Positions 25,216-37,493 of a DNA stretch of 64,000 nucleotides are shown here, in pieces. The DNA comes from Octopus bimaculoides (lineage: Eukaryota): assembly GCF_001194135.2 (NCBI RefSeq), contig NC_068997.1, forward strand, positions 4,611,502 to 4,675,501, in the 5' to 3' direction. The position numbers and the translations under genes were made by a program. The notes under the pieces are model-generated. The model was not told the DNA's origin. It worked only from the letters and a program-made list of their open reading frames with translations, and did not search any database. Within the stretch, counting starts at the first letter, position 1. Every line of letters starts with the position of its first letter.

Positions 25216-26270
25216 TAGAAAGAGAGAGAGCAAGAGAGAGAGAGAGCAAGAGAGAGAGAGAGTAAGAGAGAGAGAGAGCAAGAGAGTGAGAGCAAGAGAG
25301 AGAGAGAGAGAGTAAGAGAGAGAGAGCAAGAGAGAGAGAGCAAGAGAGAGAGAGAGAGAGNNNNNNNNNNNNNNNNNNNNNNNNNNNNNNNNNNNNNNNN
25401 NNNNNNNNNNNNNNNNNNNNNNNNNNNNNNNNNNNNNNNNNNNNNNNNNNNNNNNNNNNNNNNNNNNNNNNNNNNNNNNNNNNNNNNNNNNNNNNNNNNN
25501 NNNNNNNNNNNNNNNNNNNNNNNNNNNNNNNNNNNNNNNNNNNNNNNNNNNNNNNNNNNNNNNNNNNNNNNNNNNNNNNNNNNNNNNNNNNNNNNNNNNN
25601 NNNNNNNNNNNNNNNNNNNNNNNNNNNNNNNNNNNNNNNNNNNNNNNNNNNNNNNNNNNNNNNNNNNNNNNNNNNNNNNNNNNNNNNNNNNNNNNNNNNN
25701 NNNNNNNNNNNNNNNNNNNNNNNNNNNNNNNNNNNNNNNNNNNNNNNNNNNNNNNNNNNNNNNNNNNNNNNNNNNNNNNNNNNNNNNNNNNNNNNNNNNN
25801 NNNNNNNNNNNNNNNNNNNNNNNNNNNNNNNNNNNNNNNNNNNNNNNNNNNNNNNNNNNNNNNNNNNNNNNNNNNNNNNNNNNNNNNNNNNNNNNNNNNN
25901 NNNNNNNNNNNNNNNNNNNNNNNNNNNNNNNNNNNNNNNNNNNNNNNNNNNNNNNNNNNNNNNNNNNNNNNNNNNNNNNNNNNNNNNNNNNNNNNNNNNN
26001 NNNNNNNNNNNNNNNNNNNNNNNNNNNNNNNNNNNNNNNNNNNNNNNNNNNNNNNNNNNNNNNNNNNNNNNNNNNNNNNNNNNNNNNNNNNNNNNNNNNN
26101 NNNNNNNNNNNNNNNNNNNNNNNNNNNNNNNNNGAGAGAGCAAGAGAGAGAGAGAGTAAGAGAGAGAGAGAAAGAGAGAGAGCAAGAGAGAGAGAGAGAG
26201 CAAGAGAGAGAGAGAGCAAGAGAGAGAGAGAGCAAGAGAGAGAGAGAGCAAGAGAGAGAGGAGAGTGAGA
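25216..26270. repeat. GA-rich microsatellite (gagagagagcaa units) with a large N gap
   Basis: Direct reading. Confidence 0.95.
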
Positions 26271-26559
26271 GACCTTGTGAATTGTATGTGTATTGGGTTG
26301 GTGCCATTCCAGACATAATTAGAACCAGTGCCAGCAAGTGGTAAATTATTCTCTATGTGGGGCATGAAGGTGTTGTGGTTGTTGTTGCTGTTCCTGTTTT
26401 ATGCAAGTCTTTTGTTTCTTTCCCCTTTCTTGATTTCCCTGAGAAGAAGCTTACAATCAGGTAAAATGATCAACCTTACTCTCCAGTATATGCTCCGTAC
26501 CCTCGACAACACAAACACACAAAGAAAACAAGGTTCCTTGAATACTGCTTCAACAAATT

Positions 26560-26800
26560 CTACTTCTTTTGCTATTACTACCACCAACAATTCCACTACT
26601 ACTACTACTACTACTATTGTTACTACTTCTGCAATTACTGCTAGTGCCACAACTACTACAACCAGTGCTACGATTACTACTGTTACTACTTCTACAATTA
26701 CTACAACTACAGCTGCTACTACTACTACTACCACTACCACTACTGCTGCTACTACTACTATTATTACTACCACCACAAGCACTACCACTACTATTGCTGA
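26560..26800. repeat. Degenerate (ACT)n trinucleotide tract within a Thr-rich ORF
   Basis: actactact/accact repeats. Confidence 0.85.
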
Positions 26801-26869
26801 AATTTCTGTTTTAGCTTAATATCAGTCAAACTCTAATAAAACAAACTACCGAGAAGAGATGTTCTAGTC

Positions 26870-27166
26870 CAGGGGTTTTCAAACTTTTTGACTTGCGGAC
26901 CCCTTTATATTTCAGGCTTTGCCTTAGGGACCCCCTTATAAACGCTTATGAAATTTATACATAAATATTTGCTTAAAATAACATATATTTTTACATTTAT
27001 TTATTTAACAGTATATAACAAACAGGTTTATTGTCAATTAAAAGATTTCAATTAAAAAACATATATAAAATCAAATTGCCCATAAAAAGTATTTGCTGTC
27101 CACGGACCCCCTGTCTTGTCCTTGCGGACCCCCTGTGGTCCGCGGACCACAGTTTGAAAACCTCCG
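26870..27166. mobile_element. hAT (Charlie-like) MITE
   Basis: TIRs caggggttttcaaac / gtttgaaaacctccg; 8-bp TSD ttctagtc / ttctagtt. Confidence 0.8.
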
Positions 27167-27424
27167 TTCTAGTTATGTCCATTTTCTTTTTTTCATATCT
27201 CAGACTATATTGCCTAATGTGTCCATCAATTCTTAGCATGGTAAAGTGCATTTTGCAGGAATCTGGTTGCAATTTCTAACAGCTCATTTCACCTCATTGA
27301 GACACTTTAATTAGTCTGCTTTGTTTCTGTTGTTCTGAGACAACAAACAGACAAACCATACTGTTGGTTCATAAATCACTACCATGATCCCTTTCAGATA
27401 TATCCGTTGTCTACTGGAGATGCT

Positions 27425-27872
27425 CCAAAAACCAATATAAGAGTTTTTCTCATTGTATCTACTACAGTATAGTTTGTTCTAACAGAACATCCATGTTTAA
27501 GTGGAGGTAAATATTACCTTTTGGTATTAATACTGCCTTTGTCGTTAATATATATTTTTTAACAAACTCACTAGCTAATTGCAATACCAGTGCCTGTCCT
27601 GGCAATGTTATTTTATGTCGCTGGTGGGTAGATGAGTTGCTGCTATCTTTAGCAGTTGAGCATCCATTACTGACAAAATCAAGGAAGGGTGAAATCACTT
27701 GATCTGGTGGTCTTAACACTGAAGATAGCAGGGGTTTATCTCCTTGCTAGTGATATTAACAGGAGCACATTTTGTACCAAAAACCAATATGAGAATTTTT
27801 TTTCATGGTATCTACCACAGTATAGTTTGTCCTGATAGAACATCCATGTTTAAGGGAGGCAAATATTACCTC
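27425..27872 (+). repeat. Direct duplication of a ~95-bp block, offset 352 bp
   Basis: ccaaaaaccaatat...gtatagtttgt...agaacatccatgtttaag...aatattacct at 27425-27520 and 27777-27872. Confidence 0.85.
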
Positions 27873-28371
27873 TCAGTTCACTGTACTGTGTCAATGGCCA
27901 AAACAGCTGTCAACAGTCTACCAAACTGTAATTTGGTATCAGTGTGGTATACTTCTCTGTTCTGTGTCCATGACCAAGACACTTAACTGTCAAGAATCCA
28001 GTCCACCTAGCAGTAAGAAGGTACCATAGTGTTGTATAATTCGCTGTACTAGGTCTATGTTTTGCTAAAAATAGCAGCCAAATCATATTACTGTTTTATA
28101 ACAGACAAGACGTTTTGTATGACAGTCTGGGATATATTATAGCTAGTTAAAAACAGGGCAGGGTGGTCGCAACTGGGACACCTTTCCTCTTCGAACTTCT
28201 GAAAATCTATTCTAGTGCTAAACAGGAACGGCGATAACAACGGCACTAATAACAAAGTTTCTTGTTGCTATCCTTTGGCCCAAAGTCAATTTTCATAAAA
28301 GAGATCTATGTTCAAAGACTTTCCAGTCACGACCATCCCATTTTTATTTTTAGACAATAATATTTTAATGC

Positions 28372-28780
28372 AAGGCGGCGAGCTGGCAGAAACGTTAGCA
28401 CGCCGGGCAAAATGCTTAGCAATATTTCGTCTGTCTTTACGTTCTGAGTTCAAATTGCGCCGAGGTCGACTTTGCCTTTCATCCTTTCGGGGGCGATAAA
28501 TTAAGTAGCAGTTGCGTACTGGGTCGATCTAATCGACTGGCCCTCTCCCGCAAAATTTCGGGCCTTGTGCCTAGAGTAGAAAAGAATCGTTACCACGCCC
28601 GTAAAATGGTTAGCAACATTTCTTTCGACTTTACGTTCTCAGTTCAAATATCGCCGATGTCGATTTGCCTTTCATCCTTTCCAGGTTGATAAAATAAGTA
28701 CCAGCTGAACACTGGGATCGATGTAATCAACTTACACCCTCCCCTGAAATAGCTGGCATTGTGCCAAAATCTGAAACTAA
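28372..28780 (+). mobile_element. Two tandem SINE family B copies (young, then older)
   Basis: aaggcggcgagctggcagaaacgttagcacgccggg...gtagaaaagaat followed by a second, diverged copy. Confidence 0.85.
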
Positions 28781-30899
28781 TATACATATGTTTAAATTAT
28801 ATTACATTCAGTTTATCCTTCTTTTTTTTTTCGAAAGCGGGGTGGCATTTGAGAAATATTTAGCTATTACTTCTTGCAGATTAAAAGACCACATAGTAGA
28901 CTTTTGTTACTTCTGGGGGTGGGGTGGAAGGAGAAGTGATGATTTTATGTTTATGTAAAGAATTTACTGTTCTCACGAATATCTATTGCGCAATCTTCGT
29001 CCAAACATCAAAAGACATTCCGCCATCTGTTTGTCTGTCTACAAAAGTTAGCACCAAATATATATTTAGTTTAGTGTCGACCTTTATTTTATTTTATGGA
29101 TTCCTTCATTTATTTGTCCATAAATTTTCTCAGCGGGAGATTTTTGTCTTCTGCTTTTTTTTTTTTTTTTTTTTTTTTTTCACTTCAATACCGTCATTAT
29201 TGAAAATATATTATTCATGAAAGCATCGTGTCCGGAGAGTTTGCTTGCCCTATAGCAGACAATTATCAGGTCGAGCGATGGCTAAATTATGTGAATAAAC
29301 TTATGAATATTTCAAACAGGAAGCTGTGTTAACTGTTTCATAATATTTTCATCACTTTTGTTCCGATTATTTTTATTCTTCTTTCGTTTGTGTTTCCTTT
29401 TATTTTTCTTCTAGTATATTTGCCTCAAACTATAATAGTAGCTCATCATGGCCGCATTTCTACACTTTCCTTTTATGAGATGTTTTTCCTTGTTTTTTAC
29501 GATAGTTTGTGATTTTGTTGTCTTTCTTCTACAATAGATATGTTAAATAATGAACAAAGTCGCCAGTAACAATGAAAACATCTAGAAAAATATGAATGGC
29601 GATAAAGAAGAGAGAAGACGAGAGATTGAGAGAATGATGACCAAAATGATTCTCAACGTATTTGACTAATATTGTGTCTTCGATAGAGAAATCGATTTTT
29701 TTTCTGGCTTCCTCAACATTTTCAGATATGAAAATAAAAAGTAAAATGACGAAATGGATATATGTATGTATACGTATGCATGTATGTAATACATAAATAC
29801 GTAATATATATATATATATAATGGGTTGTCAGATAATTTGTTTCCGATATTATTTGAATTAACACGAAAAATAGTTTTATCTTAGTGTTTCATTGGGAGT
29901 TTTTTGTAGCACTATTCTTCCTCTACAACTTTTGTTTATCGTTGGAGTTTGAATAAATTTTACCTCGTTTCAGCTATAAGACGATTGTGTGTCAAAGAGA
30001 GGAAAGAACGAACGTTTCAGAGACCTGCTTCTCTTCGTTCGCAACGTCTTTAATCAAGGTTTCAAAGCTGCTCAATGCATTTGAAATGGTTTTCGTGCTT
30101 AAAAGAGGAGAAATTCGAACTCACAAACTTCTCGTGTTCCAACTAACATGTTCAGTCCAAAGACTATTTGATTGAAGTAACTCATGTACGAAGATCCGCG
30201 CAAATCAACAAGCGGATTAGTCTAGTGGATAGGATGCTTTCATGATACTGTCGCCTGTCACTTTCACTTGATGTGTAAGTTTCCAAAAACATGGCGCATA
30301 GGTGTCATACGCTTTGAATGAAAAAGACAAACTCCAGCGCTCCTCGACACCAGACTTCTTGTGGATACAAACAGATTTCTTCACTGTATCGTCACTTGTG
30401 ATGAAAAATTGGTGTCATTACGTCAATATAAAACAGAAAAAAGAATGGCTAAGTCCCGACAAGCAAGCAACACTACAAACCAAGCTAGAACTCCATCCAC
30501 ACAAGACACTGGTCTGCGTTAGGTGGGATAGGAAAGAGTTCAGCTATTACGGAATGCTTGAAAATAATCACACGATCAATGCAAAGTTTTGCCGGCTCAG
30601 TAAGACAATCCAACTGAAACGACACGACTAGCGACACGGCATGCTTCTTTAATACAATGTCCCCACCCCCAATCACTAATTTGTCAAAAATTGCTATTCA
30701 AGAGCTCCGTTGGGAAGTTTTGCCACATCCACGGTTTTCTCTTGAAACAGTGTTTTCAGATTATCGGCTTTTTCGAGCGCTCTCCAACAGTCTGCGACGC
30801 GTTTTGTTCAACAACGGCATGGAAGTGAAAACGTGACTCGATAAATTCTTCGAGCCCAAACCTAATAATTTCTACCCTTAACACACAGACAAGCTAGTG

Positions 30900-31316
30900 C
30901 AGCGGTTCTCAAATGGGGTCCATGTAAGTCTTATGTGAATCCACACAAGCAAAAAGTAAATTGGAGATCTACAGTAGTATTTAAGGGTCCATGAAAAAAT
31001 GTTTCTTTGGGTGTATCTATTGCAAGAAACACAATTTAAGGTAAATTTTCAGATTAACACCCGCACGATTTTCACTAGGGTGTTAGGGTTAAGGTTAGGG
31101 ACGGAATTCCCTAACCCTAAAACCCTAACCCTAACCCCCTAGTGAAAATCGTGCAGGTGTTAATCTGAAAATTTACCCAAGTTAATGCGTGAGAAGCAAA
31201 AAGGAATTTCGAAAGGATCATCTGTAAAGCTAGTTTTTAAACATAGAATGGCTTTAGGGTCCACCAGAATAGAACAATTCCAGGGCACAGCACTTAATAG
31301 GAAGTGAGTGACAAAA
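30900..31316. mobile_element. hAT-like MITE nested in the mariner
   Basis: Starts cagcggttctcaa; flanked by agctagtg at 30892-30899 and 31317-31324; right TIR missing. Confidence 0.6.
31040..31178. mobile_element. Palindromic mini-element with inverted TTAGGG/CCCTAA tracts
   Basis: ggtaaattttcagattaacacccgcacgattttcactaggg...ccctagtgaaaatcgtgcaggtgttaatctgaaaatttaccc. Confidence 0.85.
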
Positions 31317-32107
31317 AGCTAGTGGAACGCTGGCAAGAAATCGTGAACGATGAAGGAGAATATATCGACTGATTTGTTAAAATTGTTGATGAAAAGTAAA
31401 TAGAAAGTAAAAAAGAAACGAACGAATTTATCCGACACCCTAGTATATGTATACTTTTTAGCTAGAGCGAATTGTTGCTTATCCCCATATTAGCCTTGGT
31501 CGAGAACGCCTGTGATCAAAAGTATTCCAGCCATTCGTCTTCATAAATAGTTTATAAAACATTAAGGGTGAATTGAGGAAGATTTAGCTGGTATTTCTAG
31601 CAACTGGAGGCTCCTTTTATAAAATTCTCATCTGAAGTCAATTCATATCACTTGTGCCGCTACAAATACGTTTGAAAGGAAATTATGAATATGAAGACAG
31701 ATAATCTCACTGTCCTCTTCGATTTTGTTCTCTTCAAAAAGACAATCTATATATCAATTTCTTGTTTATTATATTTTAATATATATGTACAAAATGGCGG
31801 CCGTCTGCAACGTTCGTTGATAAAAAGCTAATGTGTTGTGTTTATATACATTTTACAGCTGAAATCAATTTACCGGCGACACTTTGAATACATATATAAA
31901 AAAAGAAAAGGGTATTAATACTACATAATCCTGCTTCTATAAAAAGCACTAGATTTATCGACATGAAAGAAGAAACCAAGGAGCCACAACCTGTTCTCTC
32001 GACCTGTTAAATATAGCAGCCAAATTTCTCTCGACTCACATTTTACTGTTGTGATTCTTTAATGGTGTACGATACTGCACTGTGAACCACTGCTGCATCA
32101 CAAAGGG

Positions 32108-32364
32108 AAGCAGTCCACAACTTTTTGGCACTACGGACCGGGTTCATGCTAGACAATTTTCCCACAGAACGGGATCATGCTAGACAATTTTCCCACAGAA
32201 CTGGGGATCACGCGCATAGCAAAACACAATAAAGTGCATAATATATAATTTAATTATTACATATATGAGGCAAAAACCCCCCACTGCAGACGGCGATAGT
32301 CAATAAAATACAAGTAAAATTAAAAATTTAATTATTTCGGTGCAACCCGGTGGTTGGGGATGCC
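32108..32364. mobile_element. hAT-Charlie (MER1-like) MITE with an internal ~31-bp tandem duplication
   Basis: agcagtccacaactttttggcactacggaccgg...ccggtggttggggatgcctg. Confidence 0.7.
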
Positions 32365-33412
32365 TGTCAAAGAGGGATATCAAGGTGTACAGTAGAGTTT
32401 TTTTTTAAATATGATTTAAGGAAGGTCTGTTTCGGTTTACGACCTCAAAATGAAAGTGGAAATATTGGTATTGTTCTGTAATATAAATAGATATGTCGAA
32501 TAGCTACCAACACCGCCACTTTTCTTTTTTTTTCAAGAATTTTTTTCGGATTTTTATAACGGAGATTATGTTGAAAAAAGTTTTCCAAACTTTTCATTAT
32601 CTCACCCACAATTTTTGGTTTTTAATTTATTCAATTTTTTTTTTACTTGTTGGGTTAGTCTACGTTTAAAACAGAGATTACGATTTTTTTTTTTTTTTTT
32701 TTTNNNNNNNNNNGAAATATCAGTGTCAATTGCTTATGATAACTTTGCCTCTTCCTATTAAATATAAACCTAAAGAATGCTGTTAAAACATGAGTAAATC
32801 CATCGATCTTTAAGATTAAAACGAAGCCGAACGTCGAAATCTCCGTAAATTTTCGAACATAATCGGCAATAAAAGCTGCACAGTTCATTTTAATGGTTGA
32901 ACGAGTTATAATGGTGCAGAAAGCAATGAGCAGTGGCGAAATGACAAAATATTTTGCTCAGACGTAATTCATCATCACATAAAAATTGCAGATATTGTAA
33001 AATTAATGAAATTTCTGGCCTCGTTTGTAATTAACAATACTGAAATGTACAATTAACAAGCCCCGTAAGTCGCCAGATGGATCCCTGGGTTCTTAGGATG
33101 GTGGAATGTTTAGAGCCTTAGACGTTGTCTTGCACTTCTGTCCAACCGAAGTATTCCATATTATTGTCCATACTTATGCAGCACAAATTGCCAGATATTT
33201 TAACGAACATCTCGTTTTCACTCTGACCTTAAATCGAAAAAACACCGAAAATCCATATTTTGATGTTTGAGCATCATGAAAAACTTATTATTCATAAATT
33301 TATTATCCATAATATGATTAACAAAAGGTAAGCAGTAGTTTTCATATCTTTTCCAAAATTCTAAGTTTTAAAACATGTTTTTTTGTTTTTTTTTTTCAGT
33401 AACAGTAATTTT

Positions 33413-34038
33413 GGATCTTGTTCAAAACGGGGGCACCAGTATTTTCTTAACGAAACACTTTGAAACTTGGGACACTGGTAGAATGTGTCATATAAAACAT
33501 CTTTTACTCTTAGTCTTCTTAACAAAAAAACGTACATCGCAAGTTATTTCATGTTAAAGTTGTCGTATTTCTGTAATTTCAATCAATCACTGACGTCTAT
33601 TCAGCTGAATAGAGTTACTGCTCTCCGGTCATAAAAACGTTATTCCCTGTGACATATTTCATCCGGTTTAATCGTAATTTATACGCATATATTGTTTATA
33701 TAATAAATTACGCTGTGCGTATCTATGTGTGTAACAATTTTAGAGTTCGGATTCTAGAGTTAGGGTTAGTTTTAGGGTTAACAGTCTAGTTAGGGTTAGG
33801 GGATTAATACGATATACACCGTTACAGCGCTAACTGTTTTCAACTGAATAGACGTCAGTGATTAGTAGAAATTATCGAAATAAAACAATTTTTTACATGA
33901 AATACATTCGAATACAAAATTTTTTTTCTGTTCTATAACACAAAATAGATAAGTATACGAAGTTTGAAAGTCTTTCGGTACCAAAAACACTACATAAAAC
34001 ATAAATGAAAACTGGTGCCCCCGTTTTGAACAAGATCC
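33413..34038. mobile_element. Non-autonomous TIR element with 8-bp TSD and internal TTAGGG-like tract
   Basis: TIRs ggatcttgttcaaaacgggggcaccagt / actggtgcccccgttttgaacaagatcc; TSD gtaatttt at 33405-33412 and 34039-34046. Confidence 0.9.
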
Positions 34039-34729
34039 GTAATTTTTTATTTAGAACAAGGAGTCGCTTTAGATAAGCATAGCTATGTGGTTAAGAAGTT
34101 TGCTTTGCAATCTCGTGGTGTTAGATTCAGTCCTACTGCGTGACACCTTCAGCAAGTGTCTTCTACCATAGCCCCGTACGCGAAATTTTTTCCCACGTGA
34201 GTTCCAGACCCCAGTAATGAACTCATTTGCATACAGCCAATCAGAGTTCACCTTTAAAATCCACAAACTGAACTGCTACAGTACAGATGCCACTATGTGA
34301 GTACTGCATAGTAGATCTCACATAAGTACCACCACCCGCCCTCCACCATCCTCATAGATCAATTCAGCACCATCACTGTATGAAGCTAACATTAGGTACC
34401 TATGCTCAGACTGAAATTAGTGATACTGCATGTACCCATTGATATATGCAAGTAGGGTGCAATACGACACAACACCATATTGATTACGATGTTTCCAGAT
34501 CAACACCAACATTTTAAATTAGGAATGTACAAAATCAGTCAAAAAGATCAGGAAACTACACTCATCTACATTTTCTAGTAAATTACACAAATTTGCATCA
34601 TCGGTGAGCAGCTCTCCATTCACTTTATACACTAAATTTCCCATTTGTTGCCCTTATTAACCCGTTTAGAACTTACATTTTGCTATAATGCACATTTTCC
34701 ACCTAGCCACGAAATTACTCTGGTTGTAT

Positions 34730-35960
34730 TCAGTTTTGGTACCTGGCATTTGTGACATAATTTCTTCAGCAGTTCTCATGGAATAATGTTCTCTTTTTGT
34801 GGCATGATTGAGATCTTTTGTGTCTATACAGATCCTAATCTTGTTTGGTTTCACTACTGTCACCATGCAATTAACCCAGTTTGTGGGTTGAGTTTCTTTG
34901 ATGACAACTCCAAGCTTGGTCATTCAAGTTCTGCTTGCACCTTATCCATCAAAGCAGTAGGTACTTTTCTCATCGAGTGTACCATGGATGTGATTTTGTC
35001 CACTAATTTTACGTGGTATTTCTCCCAGCAAGCATCTGAGTCCTTGGAACAGCTCTGGATATTCTTTCAGTATGTCTGTATTCACTTTCTGAATGTTGTG
35101 AGCTTGCACCAACTTCAATTTCTCACAGGTTTTTTTCCAGGTATACTTGGACGGTTTTCCTCCACAACCAGGAATAGTACTTCATTTGAAGTGCCACTGG
35201 TTTCACTTGATACTGATAGTTCTATCTGTCCAAGCAAGAATCACTTTTCTTCGAAGTATGACACAAGTTTCACTTTTGCTCTTCACGGTTCCTTATTCCT
35301 CAAATTCAAACTGTCAAACATTGATTTGGAAATAATATTGCATTGTGCACTTGTATCCAGTTTGGCTTTCACTGGTTTCTTGTTGATTAATAAGTGTTCA
35401 TACCAGTCTTCATCGGTGGTCATCTGTCCAATGAATAATTCTTCAAATATTTCAATTTCTTCAAAATTGTCAAGTGTGAACATTTTTGCGTTTTCTCTCT
35501 CTAGTGTCTTGTCTGTCTTGTTTAGATGGTATTCTAGTTTTACAGATGCTGGCAAAATGATGTTTGCCTCTGCATTTGTCACAAGTTTTTCCTGAAGCAG
35601 GACATTTGTCTTTAGCATGTTTGTAACCACACTGTCTACACTGAGAGTATTCAATTGTTCTACCTTTAGGTTCATACTTTCTTCTTGGACTCCTACTGGC
35701 ATTGATGGCATTGACTTCTTTAGATACGGTTGACTATTCATCATTCAGAAATTTCAGTTGTTGTACACTGATTTCTGTAGCTCTACACATCTGTACAGTA
35801 TTTTTTTCCAAATCAAGATCATGTTTTCTCAATAGTTGCCCTCTGAGGCTATCACTAAGAATTCCACAGACAATTCTGTCTTTAATGAGTCCATCATTCA
35901 ATGTCCCAAGCTCACAAGTTCTAGATTTATTCTTTAAATGTTTGTGTAACTGAGATATTT
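34730..35960 (-). mobile_element. Gypsy LTR retrotransposon gag-protease-RT fragment
   Basis: IKDRIVCGI (gag), KAKLDTSAQCNII (protease), WVNCMVTVVKPNKIRICIDTKDLN...REHY (RT N-terminus); multiple stops and frameshifts. Confidence 0.9.
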
Positions 35961-36039
35961 TGGTTGGATTATATAGTCATTGGTGTTACATTACTTACTA
36001 TATTCTGTAACTGTCACAGTATACTTTTCTTGGACTGAA

Positions 36040-36175
36040 ATTTTTGTGGGGAGGCGGGCCGGTTGATTAGATCGACCTCAGTACACAACTGGTACTTAAT
36101 TGATTGAGCCCCAAAGGACAAAAGGCAAAGTCGACTTCGGCAGAATTTGAACTCAGAACATAAAGACAGACGGTC
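36040..36175 (-). mobile_element. SINE family B, partial
   Basis: gattagatcgacctcagtacacaactggtactt...aaggcaaagtcgacttcggcagaatttgaactcagaac. Confidence 0.8.
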
Positions 36176-36764
36176 ATAATATACAAACACTTCTCATGGC
36201 ACCAGTACACTGCTTACAGATGCTGACATTTTTTTATGTTTTCCATGAATTTTTCATGGGTCCAGCTAGTTATTATTATTATTATTATTAATAAGTAAAA
36301 GTAAATTGCAAAGAAAGAAGAAAAAAAGAAAAGTACTCAAAAAACCAAAGCCCCAAATCTTCAAAACACTAAAATATAACAAAGTATTGGATTAGCCATG
36401 ATTCTATACCATTATATATATCTAGTGATTGTAGCCATGATAACACTGACTGTTCAGTCATGCCATGTCTCTGGGATTACTTGATAAAAGCACAGATTTT
36501 ATTAGTGGACATGGTCTTACTTAGAGTGGTAAATGAGATGCAGTGTAAGACACATGACCTCTAGCCCTGCTTTCATGTCGCAAAGAAATAATGGAATCAA
36601 CTTATTTACTTTTAGAAAAGTGAAGTGGCAGAGATTTAAAGAATTAGCTGCATAAGCAATCTACATGCACACACACTCTCACACACTCTTGTACACACGC
36701 ATACAATGTCATTCATGTGTGTAAATGTATGAATCTCTCCCCCTCTCTCTATATATATATATAT

Positions 36765-37130
36765 ATCCTTTACCTTTTACTTGTTTCAGTCACTTGACTA
36801 CAGCCATGCTGGAGCACTGCCTTGAAGGGGTTTTTTTTAGTCGAACAAATCAACCTTAGGACATATTTTTTTCAAGCCTTGTTCCTTTTCTATTAGTTTC
36901 TTTTGCCAAACTGCTAAGTTACAGGGATATAAATGCACCAACAGTGGTGGGGAACAAACAGACAATGACACAGACATAGATATATGCATATATATGTATA
37001 TATACATATGACAGGCTTCTTTCAGTTTCCGTCTACCAAATTCACTTAGAAGACACTTGCCCAAGGTGCCACAAAATGAGAATGAACCTAGAACCATGTG
37101 ATAGGGAAGGAAGCTTCTTATGACGCAGCC
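36765..37130 (-). mobile_element. SINE family A
   Basis: Reverse-complement head and tail motifs. Confidence 0.8.
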
Positions 37131-37493
37131 GTGTGTTCTTGAGCAAAGCACTTCATTTCATATTGCTCTGCAATCAATTCGACTTCTGACATGTGGCACC
37201 CAGTTGTACCTGTGCAGGTAATGTCGATTTGATGGAGGGAGTGAGCTTATGTCCTGTGTGGTTGTTCGGTAAGAAATTATTGAACCCTCATATGTTGTCT
37301 ACCAACAGGAGAGTCCATGATTATTTTATATATACGAGACTACTCATGACCTGTTGGATCACTAGGAAAGTCTGAGTTTCCCTGCAATGGAATTTTGTTT
37401 TGTGGGTTTATTTTCTTTTCCAGTTTATTTTGCATGCTTTCAACAAATGTGACATCAAAACCATGCATAAGCGGCTCCTTTTTCCTTAAATCG

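Larger units (their letters stand above)
29821..31443 (+). mobile_element. Mariner transposon with both TIRs, decayed, carrying nested insertions
   Basis: TIR-like atgggttgtcagataatttg and aatttatccgacaccctag flanked by TA. Remnants CIVTCDEK, KQKKEWLSPD, ELHPHKTLVCVRWD, LRWEVLPHP, RWQEIVNDEGEYI. Confidence 0.85.

Noticed and set aside
24921-26365. Three 376-432 aa ORFs
   Set aside because: Made of GA microsatellite and an N gap
34786-35595. 269-aa plus-strand ORF
   Set aside because: Antisense shadow of the Gypsy pol fragment
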